Shown here in pieces: positions 1-14,150 of a stretch of DNA of 64,000 bases (the first letter of the stretch is position 1; the number at the start of each line of letters is the position of its first letter). Both the position numbers and the translations under genes were made by a program. The DNA is taken from NCBI RefSeq assembly GCF_006345805.1, contig NC_042998.1, positions 70,556,001 through 70,620,000 on the forward strand. Direction: 5' to 3'. Below the pieces are notes generated by a model. The model was not told the DNA's origin. It ran no database searches and was given only the letters and a program-made list of their open reading frames with translations. This DNA comes from Octopus sinensis (Eukaryota).

Positions 1-66
1 AATTCTGATCAAGATCCATTAATATATATATATATATGTATATTTATGTGTGTGCATGAGTGTCTG

Positions 67-102
<36 letters not shown>

Positions 103-2502
103 ATATATCCCATTGTAATAGTGGTGATAACTCCAGTATTCCAGTGTGTAGAGAGATAAAGATCTTGTCTCTACTTGAAACTCCATTCTTCACCAAAGCA
201 TCTATTCTGTGGTGAGATAATGATCTGCAATTATAGACAAGTAACTACCATGCGGCTGTAGTATATACTGACAAGCTGTTCTATTCTCTATAATTAGAAC
301 CCTAAATAATAAAACAAAGGGGGTCACTAATTAGGTTTCGTCCTCTGTTGTTGTTCATTGTGCCATTTAACAGTGTTACTGCTGGACCATTTCTGCGATA
401 CTTCCAAGAGTATACCCAAACATTTACTTTACAGCAACTCCCTGCAAAAGACGAGAGCCTTTTCCTCTAAATCCCGACTTTCTGGACCCTATGAAGGAGC
501 CACAATGAAATTACTCAACCTGCTAGAAAAGCAGCTAAATCTCCTTCAACCACACCCTACCCTCTTAAATAATGGACTTATTTAGGTAATCTAATACCTG
601 ATATATAAAATGACTGGATGATCACTTTTGGAATGTATCGGATCATTGATGGATTTGGGCAGAGCTGGTGCTAAACAACAATAACAACTATTGTCCATAC
701 AACCCTCTCCCCAAAACGTAACTTTTCAAACTGACCATTCACTACACAATCTTCCTCTAGTTATGTGTCTCTCCACTGACTGGATAATGCAACACAGTAA
801 GAGGTGTTAATCCACTACTCATCACACATCTTTAATACAATTATTTTATAATTAATGTTATAGTTGAGGCAAGTTACTTAGGTTAAAGATTTGAGTGTCT
901 TAACCCGAGAGAAATTGCATGAATATAGTTCAGCAGTGTGGCATGATGTTACAGATAGATAGATATAGATACATGGAACAATAAATAGGTGTTAAACATT
1001 ACATACACACATTTATATATATATATAAATTCTTGAATCAATGGTCAAAAGAGACAAAAAATCCAAAGAGCCAGAAAATTTTCTATGAGATAAACTACTA
1101 TAGAGCAAATGATGATATCTTACAGATATAATATTTTAGCAAAAAAACTCCATTTTCACTAATTCAAAAGTTCATCTGAAATACCAAGTTTCAGATGAAG
1201 TTTCAAATTTGTGAAAGTAGAGTTTTTTTTTTTTTTTTTTTTTTTTCGCTAAAATATTAAATCTGTAAAAGACAAATCTCTATATATATTCCATGTTTAG
1301 AACAGTTTTTGGAGGGATGGTTTTCTGATGAGATTCATTTCAGTCAAGAGACAAACAGTATATGGGCAACAGTTGACTGACAAAAGGGGCTGCCACAACT
1401 GTCTTTCGTATGTTTCTGGTACCATTCTACACTCAGACAGAAATAAAAAAAAAACAAAGAAAAAAACAGAAACAAAACAAACTTCATAGTTCCACACTAC
1501 CACCTATATACACTAGTGTGTGTGTTTGTATAAGTGTGCCTGCATACATAAATGTGTGTGTGTTTGTGTACACACACAAAATACATTTATTTCACCCTGT
1601 CATTCCCCATGTGCATCTAAAAATGTGTATTTATACACACATATATGTATGTATGTATGTGTGTGCATATATATATATCTGTTCAAAGCAAATGGTTTAC
1701 TCTGTTGCTACTTAGAAGTTTCAGCTATATGCCTCTTTCAGGTGCCCAAAATGAAAATGAAAAAAAAAAATAAATAAAAGAATTAACTAAAAAAACATTG
1801 ATTGCTTTATCACCTGAAGTATTGCATGTGGTAAGAAACTCTGAGCAGCAGCTGAGTTAAACATCAGCTTTAGAAAAAAAAAAACTCTGACATCTGTCAA
1901 GTACTTTTTCTCCTATTTGTTTACCCAAAGTATACACACGCATGCACACATACATATACATATGCATACACACAAACACACACATATCTCTATATGCATG
2001 TGTGTGTGTGTGGGTGTTTGTGGAGTACTTGATATTCTGAAGAGTACAAGCCACTGTGACGATTTTAATCAATTGACTCGGTTTAAATATTCATTACATG
2101 AAAATGTGCAGAGGCTACAGTGTAATCACAATCTTAAATCATGCTGATACAAACAATTAATCAATGAATTATGCTAATTAATTAATTAAATAAATCAATA
2201 AAGAAGATGATAAGACAAACAATGGGTGGAATGAAATAGTTTTCAGAAGGTGAGAGAATCAAGGAAAGAGATATTAACAAAAATAAGGGTAAGAACATTA
2301 AATAACACTCACATATACATATACAGGCATACATATACGCATATATGCATGTGTAGGTATATATGTATGTATATACGTATAAGTGCGTGTGAGTATATGT
2401 ATATATGTTTATGTATATAAGTGTATATACAAATATATGTGTATGTACATATATGTGTATGTACATATATGTGTGTGGTGTGTGTGTATATATATATATT
2501 CT

Positions 2503-2906
2503 TTTATTCTTTTATTTGTTTCAGTCATTTGACTGCGGCCATGCTGGAGCACCGCCTTTAGTCGAACAAATCGACCCCAGGACTTATTCTCTGTAAGCCT
2601 GGTACTTATTCTATCGGGCTCTTTTGCTGAACCGCTAAGTTACAGGGACGTAAACACACCAACATCAGTTGTCAAGTGATGATGGGGGGGATACACACAG
2701 ATACACAAACATATACGTGTATGTATATATATATATATATATATGACGGGCTTCTTTCAGTTTCTGTCTACCAAATCTACTTACATGGCTTTGGTTGGCC
2801 CAAGGCTATAGTAGAAGACACTTGCCCAAGGTACCATGCAGTGGGACTGAAACTGGAACCATGTGGTTGGTAAGCAAGCTACTTGTCACACAGCCACATC
2901 TGCGTC
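2503..2906 (-). mobile_element. tRNA-head SINE-like composite repeat (head, internal microsatellite, tail); other copies at 9817-9985(+), 10153-10636(+), 10740-10925(+), 23758-24140(+), 36528-36912(+), 45275-45686(-)
   Basis: Recurring head ggctgtgtggtaagaagcttgcttcccaaccacatggttccgggttcagtccc and tail ...gcggttcggcaaaagagaccgatagaataagtac...cagtcaaatgactgaaacaagtaaaaga found in several copies in the window. Confidence 0.85.
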
Positions 2907-2939
<33 letters not shown>

Positions 2940-3504
2940 GTGATCTCTTATTAGTATAAGTAACAGTGCTCAGTAATTTCAAGAACTGGAGGAAGAGGAG
3001 CAAATCAGAAGAAAAGGAGAAGGAATCACTTCCATTGTATTTTTATTAGAAGCATTGAAATATGATTTGGCAACAGTACATACATATTTGATTAGTTGCT
3101 GAGGAAGAACATTTCAAAATGTGTCACACATTCATCTTTTCAATTTTTATTTGAAGAACACACAGTTTCGTCGAGTGATATGATATCTCATACCTTCAGG
3201 CTCATATGTATAAAATTCACATGAGCTAGCGTGGTGGCTGTTGTTAATAAATTTATATTGTTCATGAATATTTTTATAATCTATCTTTCAGAATATGGAA
3301 AAATCCATTATGTAGGAAGTAAATAAATAATTTAGCTAGTTTGTTGTAGTCAATTCCCCAATGAATATCAAAGGAAGCATCTGTGCAAGAATTCACAGAT
3401 TCTGATCTTTTGTTAAAAATTTCAAAATCTATAATAGATTGTTATCTTTCTGTAAAAGACAGAGATCACACTTTCTGGTATCATTATTATAATAGGACCT
3501 AGGG

Positions 3505-3700
3505 CTGGCAGAACTGTTAGCATGCCGGGCAAAATGTTTTGTGGCTTTTTGTCCGTCTTTATGATCTGAGTTCATATTCTGCCAAAGTCAACTTTGCCTT
3601 CCATCCTTTCGGGGTCAATGAAATAAGTACCAGTTAATCAATTAGCCCCCTTCCCTAAAATTTCAAGCCTTCTGCCTATAGTAGAAAGGATTATTATTGT
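3505..3700 (+). mobile_element. tRNA-derived SINE family (ggcggcgagctggcagaa...ctttcatcctttcggggtcgata); other copies ~18600-18825(-), 22640-22900(-), 24635-24840(-), 42740-42930(+), 48110-48535(+)
   Basis: Many diverged copies with a B-box-like gttcaaatt and a conserved central segment. Confidence 0.8.
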
Positions 3701-5080
3701 AGGATGTGTGTTCTATAATGAACCACTTGGTTTTATAATTGTTAAATGTATCATCCTTTAAACTCCAGATATATTTGAACAAGACATCTATTTGAGTACC
3801 TGAATGTATCCATTCAGAATCTTTTCTAAAAGAGATTTTCAGTAAGCTCTATATTGCTTTTTTGTATCAATTACCTGTAAATAAATCCTTAGCTTGATAA
3901 ACTAATGCTATAGAAAAACATATAGCACTGAATTAGCAGATAATGAAATTACATTAAGAAAAATTTTGTGTGTTCATGCTGGAAATGTTTCTTCTGTTCA
4001 TATTGACTATAGAAGCAGCAGTGCAACTGGAACTCAACCAAATGTTCTATAAGGACATAGTTTTTTTTTTTTTTGCAAGGTTTAGGACAGTTTGTGCGAC
4101 AAGAGAATGAACATTTAAACTATAGAGAGGATTAAACCTTAAAATATTTAGTTTCCAATTTTTGCATTTTTTGATATTAGCATTGTACTGTGTATAATAT
4201 ATTGTATATTTGAAGTTATACTGCATTGTTGTACTAATGAGCAGCATGGTTAAAGAATTCCTCAACAGAGATTAAGCTTGGAATCGTTTATGTTATCAAG
4301 TAATTTACTAATTACCAACTAGCAAAGTCGTTTATTTCCTAAAGAAAGAATTTGTCATGCTCTGATATATAAATAAGAAAAGATGTTCATTAATACTAAA
4401 ACATTGTTATCAATGACCAACTTTCTTGTTTGTATGTGATTTATACATATGATACTGAACATGGGGAAACAAAATGTGTTTTTGCACAGTAACAGATGGC
4501 AATGCCATGTGTTATTTGCATTATAACTGAATGGGTGATTCATTTTCTTAAGGTTGGCTTCAGCTATAGAATCTCAATGTTTGCAAATATTTTTGCTTAT
4601 ATATCATCATCATACTGTTTTCTTACTTCCATCATTTGAATAATAAGTAACATCACACTCAGTGCTACACTTCCAGAAATTTCAACTTCTAATAAAATAT
4701 TCACTCTTCTTTATGTATTGAGTACTTTATCCTAAACACAGAGTTTCACCTTTACACACACACACACGTGTTTGTACTCATACATACACACTCATAAATC
4801 AATGTATATACACATGTAAATCCTGTGTATATATATTTTAGATTTGTAGTCTTGACCAGATAGATAGAAAGGGGTATTTAGAATTATGTATGCGTGTGCA
4901 CACAAGCACACACACACACACAAATACACATGCACACACAAAGCCTCTCAAGTTGTTTGTTATTCTGAAATATTTCACAAAATTAAAAAGAAAATATAAA
5001 GAAAAAAGTAAAAAAAAAAGATTATAATCAGTGAAAAGATGTGATGCTGTAAAGGTTAAAAAAAATGGCTAGCAGTAGAG

Positions 5081-5153
5081 TGCTGCCCTCTGCTGCCAGC
5101 TCTCAAGAGTTATGTACCCATTGCAACGTCACCCTGCAAATGACCAATCAGAG
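5081..5153. promoter_or_regulatory. Cluster of candidate motifs: CTCF-like site, CRE half-site, CCAAT box
   Basis: tgctgccctctgctgcc (5081-5097), acgtca (5126-5131), gaccaatcagag (5142-5153). Motif match only. Confidence 0.25.
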
Positions 5154-5497
5154 CAGCTTTTCTGTATCTCTTGAATTTTTTGTTTTTTTTTTTGCATGAA
5201 AAGAAAGTATACAAAGATGTGATAATAAATTAAATTGAGGAAAATTAAAAAGTGTTTGGTCTTAATTTTATTGTTATATTATTGTTGTTAAACCTTTGGT
5301 CATCTCTAATCAAGCAGACCTATGATCATAGCTGTACCAGTTATGATATGAAAGCATTCTATTCAGGCATAGTTTCTCTAGATGTGCACCTTCTAACGTG
5401 TCCTTCCTTGCTTTTTAGTACACAGGTCAGCCTAGATACAACAGATCTACGGTCAAACGTGTTCAGACAGTGGTGAGAGGGACAAACGCATACACAC

Positions 5498-5528
<31 letters not shown>

Positions 5529-5809
5529 ACTATATACATGTATATGGGTGTATATATACAACCTTCAACAAAGTAACAGTCATGTATATAACTTGAACTG
5601 TCACATATCAGTACATAAACATACGCTCACATGTACACACACCCAGACACGTCTACACACTCTCCTATATACTCACATACATAAGTACATATGTACATAC
5701 TTACATACATACATGCGCACATACATGTACACACATACATACATACGCACATACACACATACATACATACATACATAAATATCATGAACTAACTGTTACT
5801 TTCTCAGAT

Positions 5810-5990
5810 GCAGCACAGAATTTTGTCAGTGAACAGGTCGCGATCTCAAAGCGACGACAATATTTTGACAAATTAAATTTAAATGTTGAAGTGAATCTAA
5901 TGGTTTTTGTGTTTCTTCCATGCTGCAATTATTTTTGTTCCAGCACACGATATCAGATCAGGTCACTTGCTATGCAAGTACATCTCCGTA
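5810..5990 (+). repeat. Interspersed repeat; inverted homolog at ~32090-32282
   Basis: Shared cagcac..ttttgtcagtgaacaggtcgcga...ttgacaaattaaa..taaatgttgaagtgaatc...gctatgc.agtacatctccgtaat. Confidence 0.75.
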
Positions 5991-6028
<38 letters not shown>

Positions 6029-6059
6029 GTATATGATCAGTGTCCACAATGATGATATA

Positions 6060-6345
6060 TATGAGCGTGGATGATCGATGCCAGTGTCACCTGACTGGTT
6101 CTCCATGCTGGTGGTCCGTAAAAATCACCATCCGAATGTGGTTGATGCTAGTGCCCCCTGACTGCCTCCCTTGCTGGTGGCATGTAAAAAGCACCCACTA
6201 CACTCTTGGAGTGGTTGGGCATCTAGCTGTAGAAACCTTGCCAGATCAGATTGGAGCTTGGTGCAGCCTACTGGCTTACCAGTCCTTAGTCAAACCATCC
6301 AACTCATGCCAGCATGGAAAGCAGACATTAAATGATGATGATGAT
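6060..6345 (+). mobile_element. RTE-tail-type non-autonomous retroelement 3' end with (TGA)n tail; partial near-identical copy at 7013-7198
   Basis: Ends ...gtcaaaccatccaactcatgccagcatggaaagcagacattaaatgatgatgatgat. Family recognised from recall. Confidence 0.7.
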
Positions 6346-7198
6346 ATATATACCATCATCATCATTATTGTGGATATTGATCATATACATATATATGCAC
6401 ACATATATTACACACATGGAAATTTATATGGCCAAACTATGTTTTAGTTGAAGCAATGAGAAACTACGTTTAAAGTTTATAATGGCAGAGTGCTTACTAT
6501 TGTCATTGAATTGGAGATTTTTCACCAGAAGTAAGACTCTTGGCTTCTATATTTTAATCATTACAAAAATATATAATAAAAGATTCTGAGTATTCTAAAT
6601 TTTTAAAAGTATCAAGTGAAGGTATTTGGGAAATGGAGAAGAGGGGAAAAATTCTTCCTCAAATGCACCACACACACCTATATCCACAAACACAACTATA
6701 TGTCTAGCAACACACACTTGCACATATGCAATGACATTTTGACACAGCTCAACATTACTTAAAGTTTCATGGGTATAGGAGACATCCACATCATCAGATG
6801 TCCACATTATCAGAAAGAGAAAAGAATTTGAAAGAAATTTAGAATGACTTCATGGTTATTTTTGCTATCATAGTGTCATCAGTTACTTTATTGATAGTTC
6901 TACATGTTGGTGTCACTTTGTATTCTGCAGGATATTTCAGTGACATCAGCTCTTTACATTGAATACTACATATGGTAGGACAGATAAGATGTTAGTATCA
7001 GTTAGTTGTCTTTTGATGCTAGTGCCCCCTGACTGCCTCCCGTGCTGGTGGCATGTAAAAAGCACCCACTACACTCTTGGAGTGGTTGGGCATCTAGCTG
7101 TAGAAACCTTGCCAGATTAGATTGGAGCTTGGTGCAGCCTACTGGCTTACCAGTCCTTAGTCAAACCATCCAACTCATGCCAGCATGGAAAGCAGACA

Positions 7199-8990
7199 AA
7201 AGTTACCACATGGGGAGGTAACCTATTTGATGGTGTCAGATGACATGTGAATTTACATGACCAAAATGAGTTATAGGAGGCTGTAATCTCCATTATTTTT
7301 ATTATTTTGAACAAGTTCCAACCTGGGCTGCAGCAATAAAGTCCACCCGCCACACTTCTCAGTTTATCATCACTGCTTTGATATCCTGGATACATTCTAG
7401 GCCAGTATCTGCAATCAAGTTGTCGACGTTTTCCTCTTCTTACACCACCATGAAGTGGGTTCCACAAGACTAATTTCGATGCTTTCAGTTCAGAGTGGCA
7501 CAAGCAGATAGTCGCAGCCATCTTTGCCTGATCTTCTCGCTAACTTTTGGTAGGTCTCTATAAAAGCATTCATTTGTCATATATTGCTGCCATTCATAGC
7601 ATCCTTGTGGAGCACCCATTAAGCCTGTTTGATAATTTCTTTGTCAGTATCCATGTTTCATTGCTACACAATAAACGCCAATTTGGCAGTTGCAATGAAC
7701 AGCTTGATATTAATTGGCCTGAGCAATTTGGAGTTCCAAACTTTCTTTAGTTTGTGAAGTTGTCCATACTTTTATGCCTTCCTGATCTTGGTGTCTGCTT
7801 CTGAACTGCTCACTCAACCACCAAAGTACTTGAAATCTTCAACAACATTCAGTTTGGAACCACTCAAAGCTAACAGTTCAGCATCAATTGATTGATTAAA
7901 GACATATGTCCTGTTTTCTTGATATTTGTATGCAGTCCTATTTTAGCAGTTTCTACTTTGTTGAGCAGCTGTTGAGCTTGATCTATTTCATTATATATGA
8001 GTGCTATATCATCAAAAAGTGGAGGCACGTGTCCTAGTGGTTAGAGCAGCGACTCGCGGTTGAGGGATTGTGGGGTTCAAATCTCAGACCAGGCAATATG
8101 TGTATTTATGAGCGAAACACCTAAGCTCCATGCGGCTTTGGCAGAAGGTAATGGCAAACTTCTGCTGACTCTTTTACCACAACTTTCTCTCACTCTTTCC
8201 TCCTGCATCTTGCAGCTCACCTGTGATGGACCGGTGGGGAACCTATATGCCAAGGAAACTGGGGAAACTGGCTCTATGAACCAAGCATGGCTTGAGAAAG
8301 GAACAATATCATCAAAAAAGTCCAAGTCTGTGATGATTACTGCTGGCATTTTCCATGATCGTTCCCGGTTTATGATAAAACCAAGGTCATCACTGTTGTC
8401 TATAGCCTGCTGCATTGCATAATCCAATACAATTTCAAACAAGTAAGGTGCAAGCATACCTCCTTGTAGCACCTCAGCTAGCATTTGAAAGAACTCCTTT
8501 ACTCTGTCAGATGACAACATACAAGCTCTGGTCTTCTCATACGTCTTTGCAATGGGCAGCAGAAATTATATATCCTGCCAATACATATGGGCCAGCTTAT
8601 TTTAGGGTGGTATATCTAGGTTATCAGTGGTAAATAACTTGAAGTTCATTAACAGTGCATAGTTCTGGTGGCAACAAGATAGGTAACATTTCCTATTACC
8701 AGGTACTAAAGGCATGTGGAGCATATGCAGTTTCTTACAGAGTCAGAGTTGACAATTATGAATACCATGTAAGGAAGGTAGCGCTCTGTTAAGGATGCTC
8801 TCTGTGATGTTATGAAAGTTGCCTTGATAGTCCCAGAGTCTCCTGATGCAGCAGAGTAAGGAGGTGGATTTATCCCTATCCTTACATCTAAATAAATGTG
8901 TGTATTGATTGTATCTTTCCTTAAATTCATTGGCTGTCATGCCCATGACCTGCAATGCCATTGGATGGTGTGAGGGTGGTCCAATTGACT
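7199..8990 (-). mobile_element. Degenerate RTE-clade LINE (reverse transcriptase region), interrupted by a SINE
   Basis: Translated fragments VLQGGMLAPYLFEIVLDYAMQQA, IITDLDFFDDI (the FADD motif region) and LVLWNPLHGGVRRGK, typical of RTE ORFs. Confidence 0.85.
8019..8305 (+). mobile_element. tRNA-derived SINE inserted in the RTE LINE
   Basis: A/B-box-like head; target-site duplication atatcatcaaaaa at 8006-8018 and 8306-8318. Confidence 0.85.
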
Positions 8991-9349
8991 ACAGCTATTT
9001 CAAAATCAGTTCTTAAGAACCCATTGGCTTCATAAACTTTTTAATTCCCATAGCATCAAATTTAGTTACACATGCTTAGTTAATATTATTTGCTACAACT
9101 GATGTGAAAACACAAGCTGCAACTGCATAAATCCTACCAACTGCCCATTTTCTAATGGGCAAACTGTTATATTTGAATGCAAGTGAGAGTGTATGTCTGT
9201 GTGTGTATATATGTATGTTTATATGTGTGTATGATTATGTATTGTATACCAGTATTTATTATTTAGTGTATCAAAGTAGTATGTCTAAAACTACATTATA
9301 CAATATATCTTTTTTTTTTAATATGGCTGTGTGAGGAATATTAAGCTGT

Positions 9350-9790
9350 TATTTATAATAAGGCGAGTAATCATATAGAAGTTCCTTCCTGGGATTTTGA
9401 AAGTTTCTCTGTTTTCACACTGGTAACATGGCTGTGTGATGAGTGTGAGTACCAAGAAAAGATGTGGGCATAGATGTCATCAAGAATAATAACTTTGGAG
9501 GTGAGTGAACTGAGACAGATGTCCTTGATGCAGGAAGAGAAATGATCGATGAGCAGCTGATGGATGGCACATTTCAGGAAGCAGATGTATTTGAAAGTTT
9601 GGGAACGGAAAACATTGAGTCAGAGTAATTGAAAGTTTTTATTGTTGATATCTAGGTGAGAGAAGAGAGTGACAGCAGGAGTGGAGTCTACATATGTTCA
9701 AAATGTAACTGGCACAATAATAGAGATGGACCAAAGTTAACGGTAGAGAGATTTGTGTTTTAAAGAGGAACATATGTGTTTTACATTTTA
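9350..9790 (-). mobile_element. Possible degraded L2/CR1-group LINE 3' fragment; similar fragment ~18960-19460(-)
   Basis: Weak translated resemblance only (e.g. LQSLTYRRAVFS at ~19.4 kb); heavily decayed. Confidence 0.4.
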
Positions 9791-10101
9791 AAGAGATAAT
9801 CTATAGTTTCTCTTGGGAGGCATGGCTGTGTGGTAAGAAGTTTGCTTCCTAATCACATGGTTTCGGGTTCAGTCCCACAGCATGACACCTTGGGCAAAGT
9901 ATTGTCTACTACAGCCTTGGGCTGACCAAAGCCTTGTGAGTGGATTTGGTAGACAGAAGCTGAAAGAAACTTGTCAAATATATATATATATATATATATA
10001 CAAGATAAGAAAACGGAGAAATACATCTAAATCAAATATGAATTACACGATAATACTCAATCACATACTTTATTAAACCACCACATAAGAGACTGTAGGG
10101 T

Positions 10102-10140
<39 letters not shown>

Positions 10141-10330
10141 ATGTGTTTATGTGTAGTCGCTGTGTGGTAAGTAGCTTGCTTAACAACCACATGGTTCCGG
10201 GTTCAGTCCCACTGCATGGCACCTTGGACAAGTGTCTTCTACAATAGCCTTGAGACGACCAAAGTCTTGTGAGTGGATTTGGTAGACAGAAACTGAAAGA
10301 AGCCCATCGTATATATGTGTGTGTGTATAT

Positions 10331-10398
<68 letters not shown>

Positions 10399-10635
10399 AT
10401 ATATACACACATATATATGTATGTGTGTGTATATGTTTGTGTGTCTGTTTGTTCCCCCAATATCGGTTGACAACTGATGCTGATGCGTTTACATCCCCGT
10501 AACTTAGCATTTCGGCAAAAGAAACCGATAGAATAAGTACTAGGTTTATAAAGAATAAGTCCAGGGGTCGATTTGCTTGACTAAAGGTGATACTCCAGCA
10601 TGACCACAGTCAAATGACTGAAACAAGTAAAAGAG

Positions 10636-10687
<52 letters not shown>

Positions 10688-11344
10688 ATATTTATATGTG
10701 TATGTGTGTGTGTGTTGTGTGTGTGCGTTTCTTCCTCACCCACTGACAGACAACTGGTGTTGGTGTGTTTACATCCCGTAACTTAGCAGTTCAGCAAAAG
10801 AGACAGATACAATAAATACCAGGTTATATAAAATAATATGTACTGGGATCGATGCATTCGACTATAATTCTTCAAGGTGGTGCCTTAGCATTGCCGCACT
10901 CTAATTACTGAAACAAGTGAAGAACAAATGTTGAGTGGTGAGGATAACACTCCACTAGGAGCCTGGTCTGAATGCTTGTAATAAAATAAACTCCACTAAA
11001 GATATTCATGGACTTTGAGAAGTTGGTGTACGCCTCTCTCAAAAGTGATATTTATCTAAGTATACAGGCAATACGCGTTTCGTTATTTTATCGTGCTACA
11101 AGTGGAAAAGGTACATTCATTGTTGTAAGTCCAAAATGTTGCTTTTTTTTTTCAGAAAACGGAAAAGTATTTTCACCATTCTATAGCAAAACTGTTGTAC
11201 TACACTTTGGCAATTTTTGATATCTTAGCAGCTGGAGCAGCTAGGGATACGATAGTTTGACTAAAAGAAATATTTTGCTATTACAAGCAATTATATTGAG
11301 AAAAAAAAACAAAAAAAAAACACAATTGGCCAAATTTGGACATA

Positions 11345-11957
11345 CGACCGCGGAATTCTGTTCTTGATTCGACGGTCATTCGGAATGCTCACAGCAGCCA
11401 TATTCCTACCACTCTATGTCACGCTGGTGAGACCCATATTGGAATACGGGATTCAAGCCTCTTCTCCTTATCTCCTCAAAGACATACAGCATCTCGAAAG
11501 AGTCCAGAAGCTGGCTACCCGCATGGTTCATGGTCTCAAAAATTTGTCCTATGAAGAAAGGCTGAGGACGCTCGACCTCTTTTCTCTAGAAAAACGCCGC
11601 CGCCGTGGTGATCTCATTCTCGCCCACAGCATCATAAGCGGAAACTGTAACCTCTCGAAAGAGCTGTTCTTCACTCCTGCTCCAGAGCGTCGGCTGCGGG
11701 GTCATTCCGAAAAGCTCTACCTGCGACGATTTCATCTCAATCGAAGGAGAGGAGCTTTCTCCGTCTGGGTTGCGGATCCGTGAAACAAGCTGCCAGACGA
11801 GATGGTGAAGATGCCGACGACCGCTTTGTTCAAAGCCTCCCTGGACCTCAAGTGGCCTGAACTCTTTCCATGAACACCACCCTGTATTTAACTCCATGTC
11901 CCCCTACATGGCCTTGCTATTTGCTTTTGAGCCAAATTAACTAACTAACTAACATAA
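11345..11957 (+). mobile_element. CR1-group LINE, 5'-truncated 3' fragment
   Basis: ORF 11364..11783 (LYVTLVRPILEYG...LERVQKLATRMV...LFSLEKRRRRGDLI...RLRGHS) followed by a 3' UTR and a (TAAC)n tail. Confidence 0.9.
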
Positions 11958-13599
11958 TAACAACGAATTCAAACAAACAGTAGTAAAAAGAATAGAGATG
12001 ATAGAGAGAAATGGGAAACCAAGAGCAAGGGAGATGTTATTACATAGATAATATCTTTTCACCATATTCGTACAGCCCCCCCCCCCACATTAATGAAAAT
12101 ACTTTTCTTCTCGCTTTAAAATATCAATTCTAATTTCATTCATCAGCAGATTATATATCAACGTGAGTTTATAATACACTGAATCATATATTGGAAGAAC
12201 CGAAAGATATATTCAAAAAGAAAATAACAAAAACAGAGAGAGAGAGTGTGGGGGGGGGCAGTAATTTTTCAATTGAGAATGCTTACAAATTTGTAAAATG
12301 AATAAAGTAAAATTGGCATAGTTAACCTGCTATAATATTGTTCAATCCACATTTTCGTGTAAAACTTTGCAGACTTCGATAATATGCTTTTCGAACTTTT
12401 CCTGAATCAAATATCCCTCTCAGAAAATTTTCAAATTGTCGATACATTCACTCATCTTGTTAAATTGCCAGCAATATCTCGAACGAAGATATTCAATCGA
12501 AATGCAACGTTATGGAATGAAACATAGAACCAATAATATCATCTACACTCTGAAAGATGTAAAACACTAAAACAGAAAGGCTAAGGGAAATAACTCTATG
12601 AACAATACACCAAGGGAGATAATCGGATGTAATGGAGTTACCACCCTTGTCAATGTTGATCGCGATTGCATCATAAAATAGAATATTATTTTGCTATACT
12701 TGTTAGGCATTATATTGATTAGACTTATGTTCAAAGATATTTCTGCCGTGACCATTCTGTTTCCAGTTTTAGGCAGAGTGTACTCCAGCCAATATAATCC
12801 AATAAATCTTTACATTTCTTTTAAAACGTTAGCCCAGAGGTCTTTCAAAAATATTTTTTTACCGTGTTTGTTGACATACTGTGAAATATAGATTGTAAAA
12901 TGTTTGGATGCAAGAAAAAAAAACTGCACAATAGCAATATGCTAGTCGTTTAACATAATGTTATATTTTAGAAATGAAATGGATAAGCCTGACTCTTCTA
13001 ACAAGTAACTTAATTCAAGGCACAGTTTCTGTGCGACACACACGTATGCTATTTCTTTTTGGTAATATTCATTGCAGACAATGACGCTAAATATCTGGGA
13101 GCAGCAAAAGACCCTTCACACATTCTTGAATGACACTCATAGGCAAGCTGTTGTTATGGAACACCATAATTTTATTGTGGAAGTGGTTTCAGAAAGATCT
13201 ATGGCCATGAAGTCGTTATATATTCTACAACAGCCCATCGAAGATTATCCATATATGATCCGGAATTAATTCTAAAAGGATTTCGAATAAGTTGATAATC
13301 CAATTCACTAATATCGGGAAAATAAGAACCGAATTAATCATGTAGCGAAATTTTTTTTTTTTTTTTTTTTTTTTTGCTTCTAGACTAACATCATGACTTT
13401 GTTGGTGCTCTCTGTTCCTTTATTTCCAGCAGTCTAAGGCTTTCCCTCATTTTCCCAAAAGTGTCGAAACGATCCATCATTAGATTTTCGATCTACAATT
13501 CAGGCTTCATTCTGAACGATGTTAATCTATTCCTGCAGACTATAAGGGTATTAAGGTTGCGTTGAGATATTTTGCCGACAGCAATGAGTTTAATCAAAT

Positions 13600-14150
13600 A
13601 TCATTCAGGTAGGCTAGTTCTATTTCACTGGTTGTGATAAAGTATATCTGCAAATTTGATTGAGTAGCGGTGATTCGAAAGCGGCCAGGCATCACGACCA
13701 AACCATCATAGTTCCACGTGATCTGTCTATTAACCGACCAACCAGCGTAAACAGATGTCTGGACTGGGTTTTCTCGAACATTCTGGAATTTGACTTCTGG
13801 TTCCGTATAAAACCCGCTCGGCGCGCATTTTCACAGTTAGACAACCCCGGAAGACAGCCAAGACAGACGGCCCAGACAGACAGATGTTCAAGAACCTCCG
13901 TCGCCACGATAATAGTGCAATTGATTCCAAGTATGTTGGGTAAATCGCATGTTGTCGTACCAGTAGCTTTCTGTAATCCCAGAGCAGTATATCTCACCCG
14001 GTCTGTAACCATTGCAGTTGTTAACTGTAAACGGCCAGCGAGGTTCGCCTTTATATGCGACAATAAATTCTCCAGATGAATGTTCGCGTGTATTATCCAG
14101 TTACTTCCTCACGCAGCCAAGAAACGTATTTTCATTCATTAACATAACCA
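13600..14150. other. CpG/GC-enriched unique segment with overlapping ORFs; possible promoter, 5' exon or pseudogene
   Basis: Visibly CpG-rich against the AT-rich background; ETS-like ccggaag and E-box cacgtg motifs; ORFs in several frames, none recognised. Confidence 0.3.

Noticed and set aside
6838-6965. Short frames open on both strands, one hydrophobic (MVIFAIIVSSVTLLIVLHVGVTLYSAGYF)
   Set aside because: No recognisable family and no convincing splice context; insufficient support.
13440-13480. gtgtcgaaacgatc half-motif resembling the 3' side of the 52.6-kb hammerhead; similar decayed motif at ~38570-38600
   Set aside because: No CUGANGA core or pairing stems nearby.
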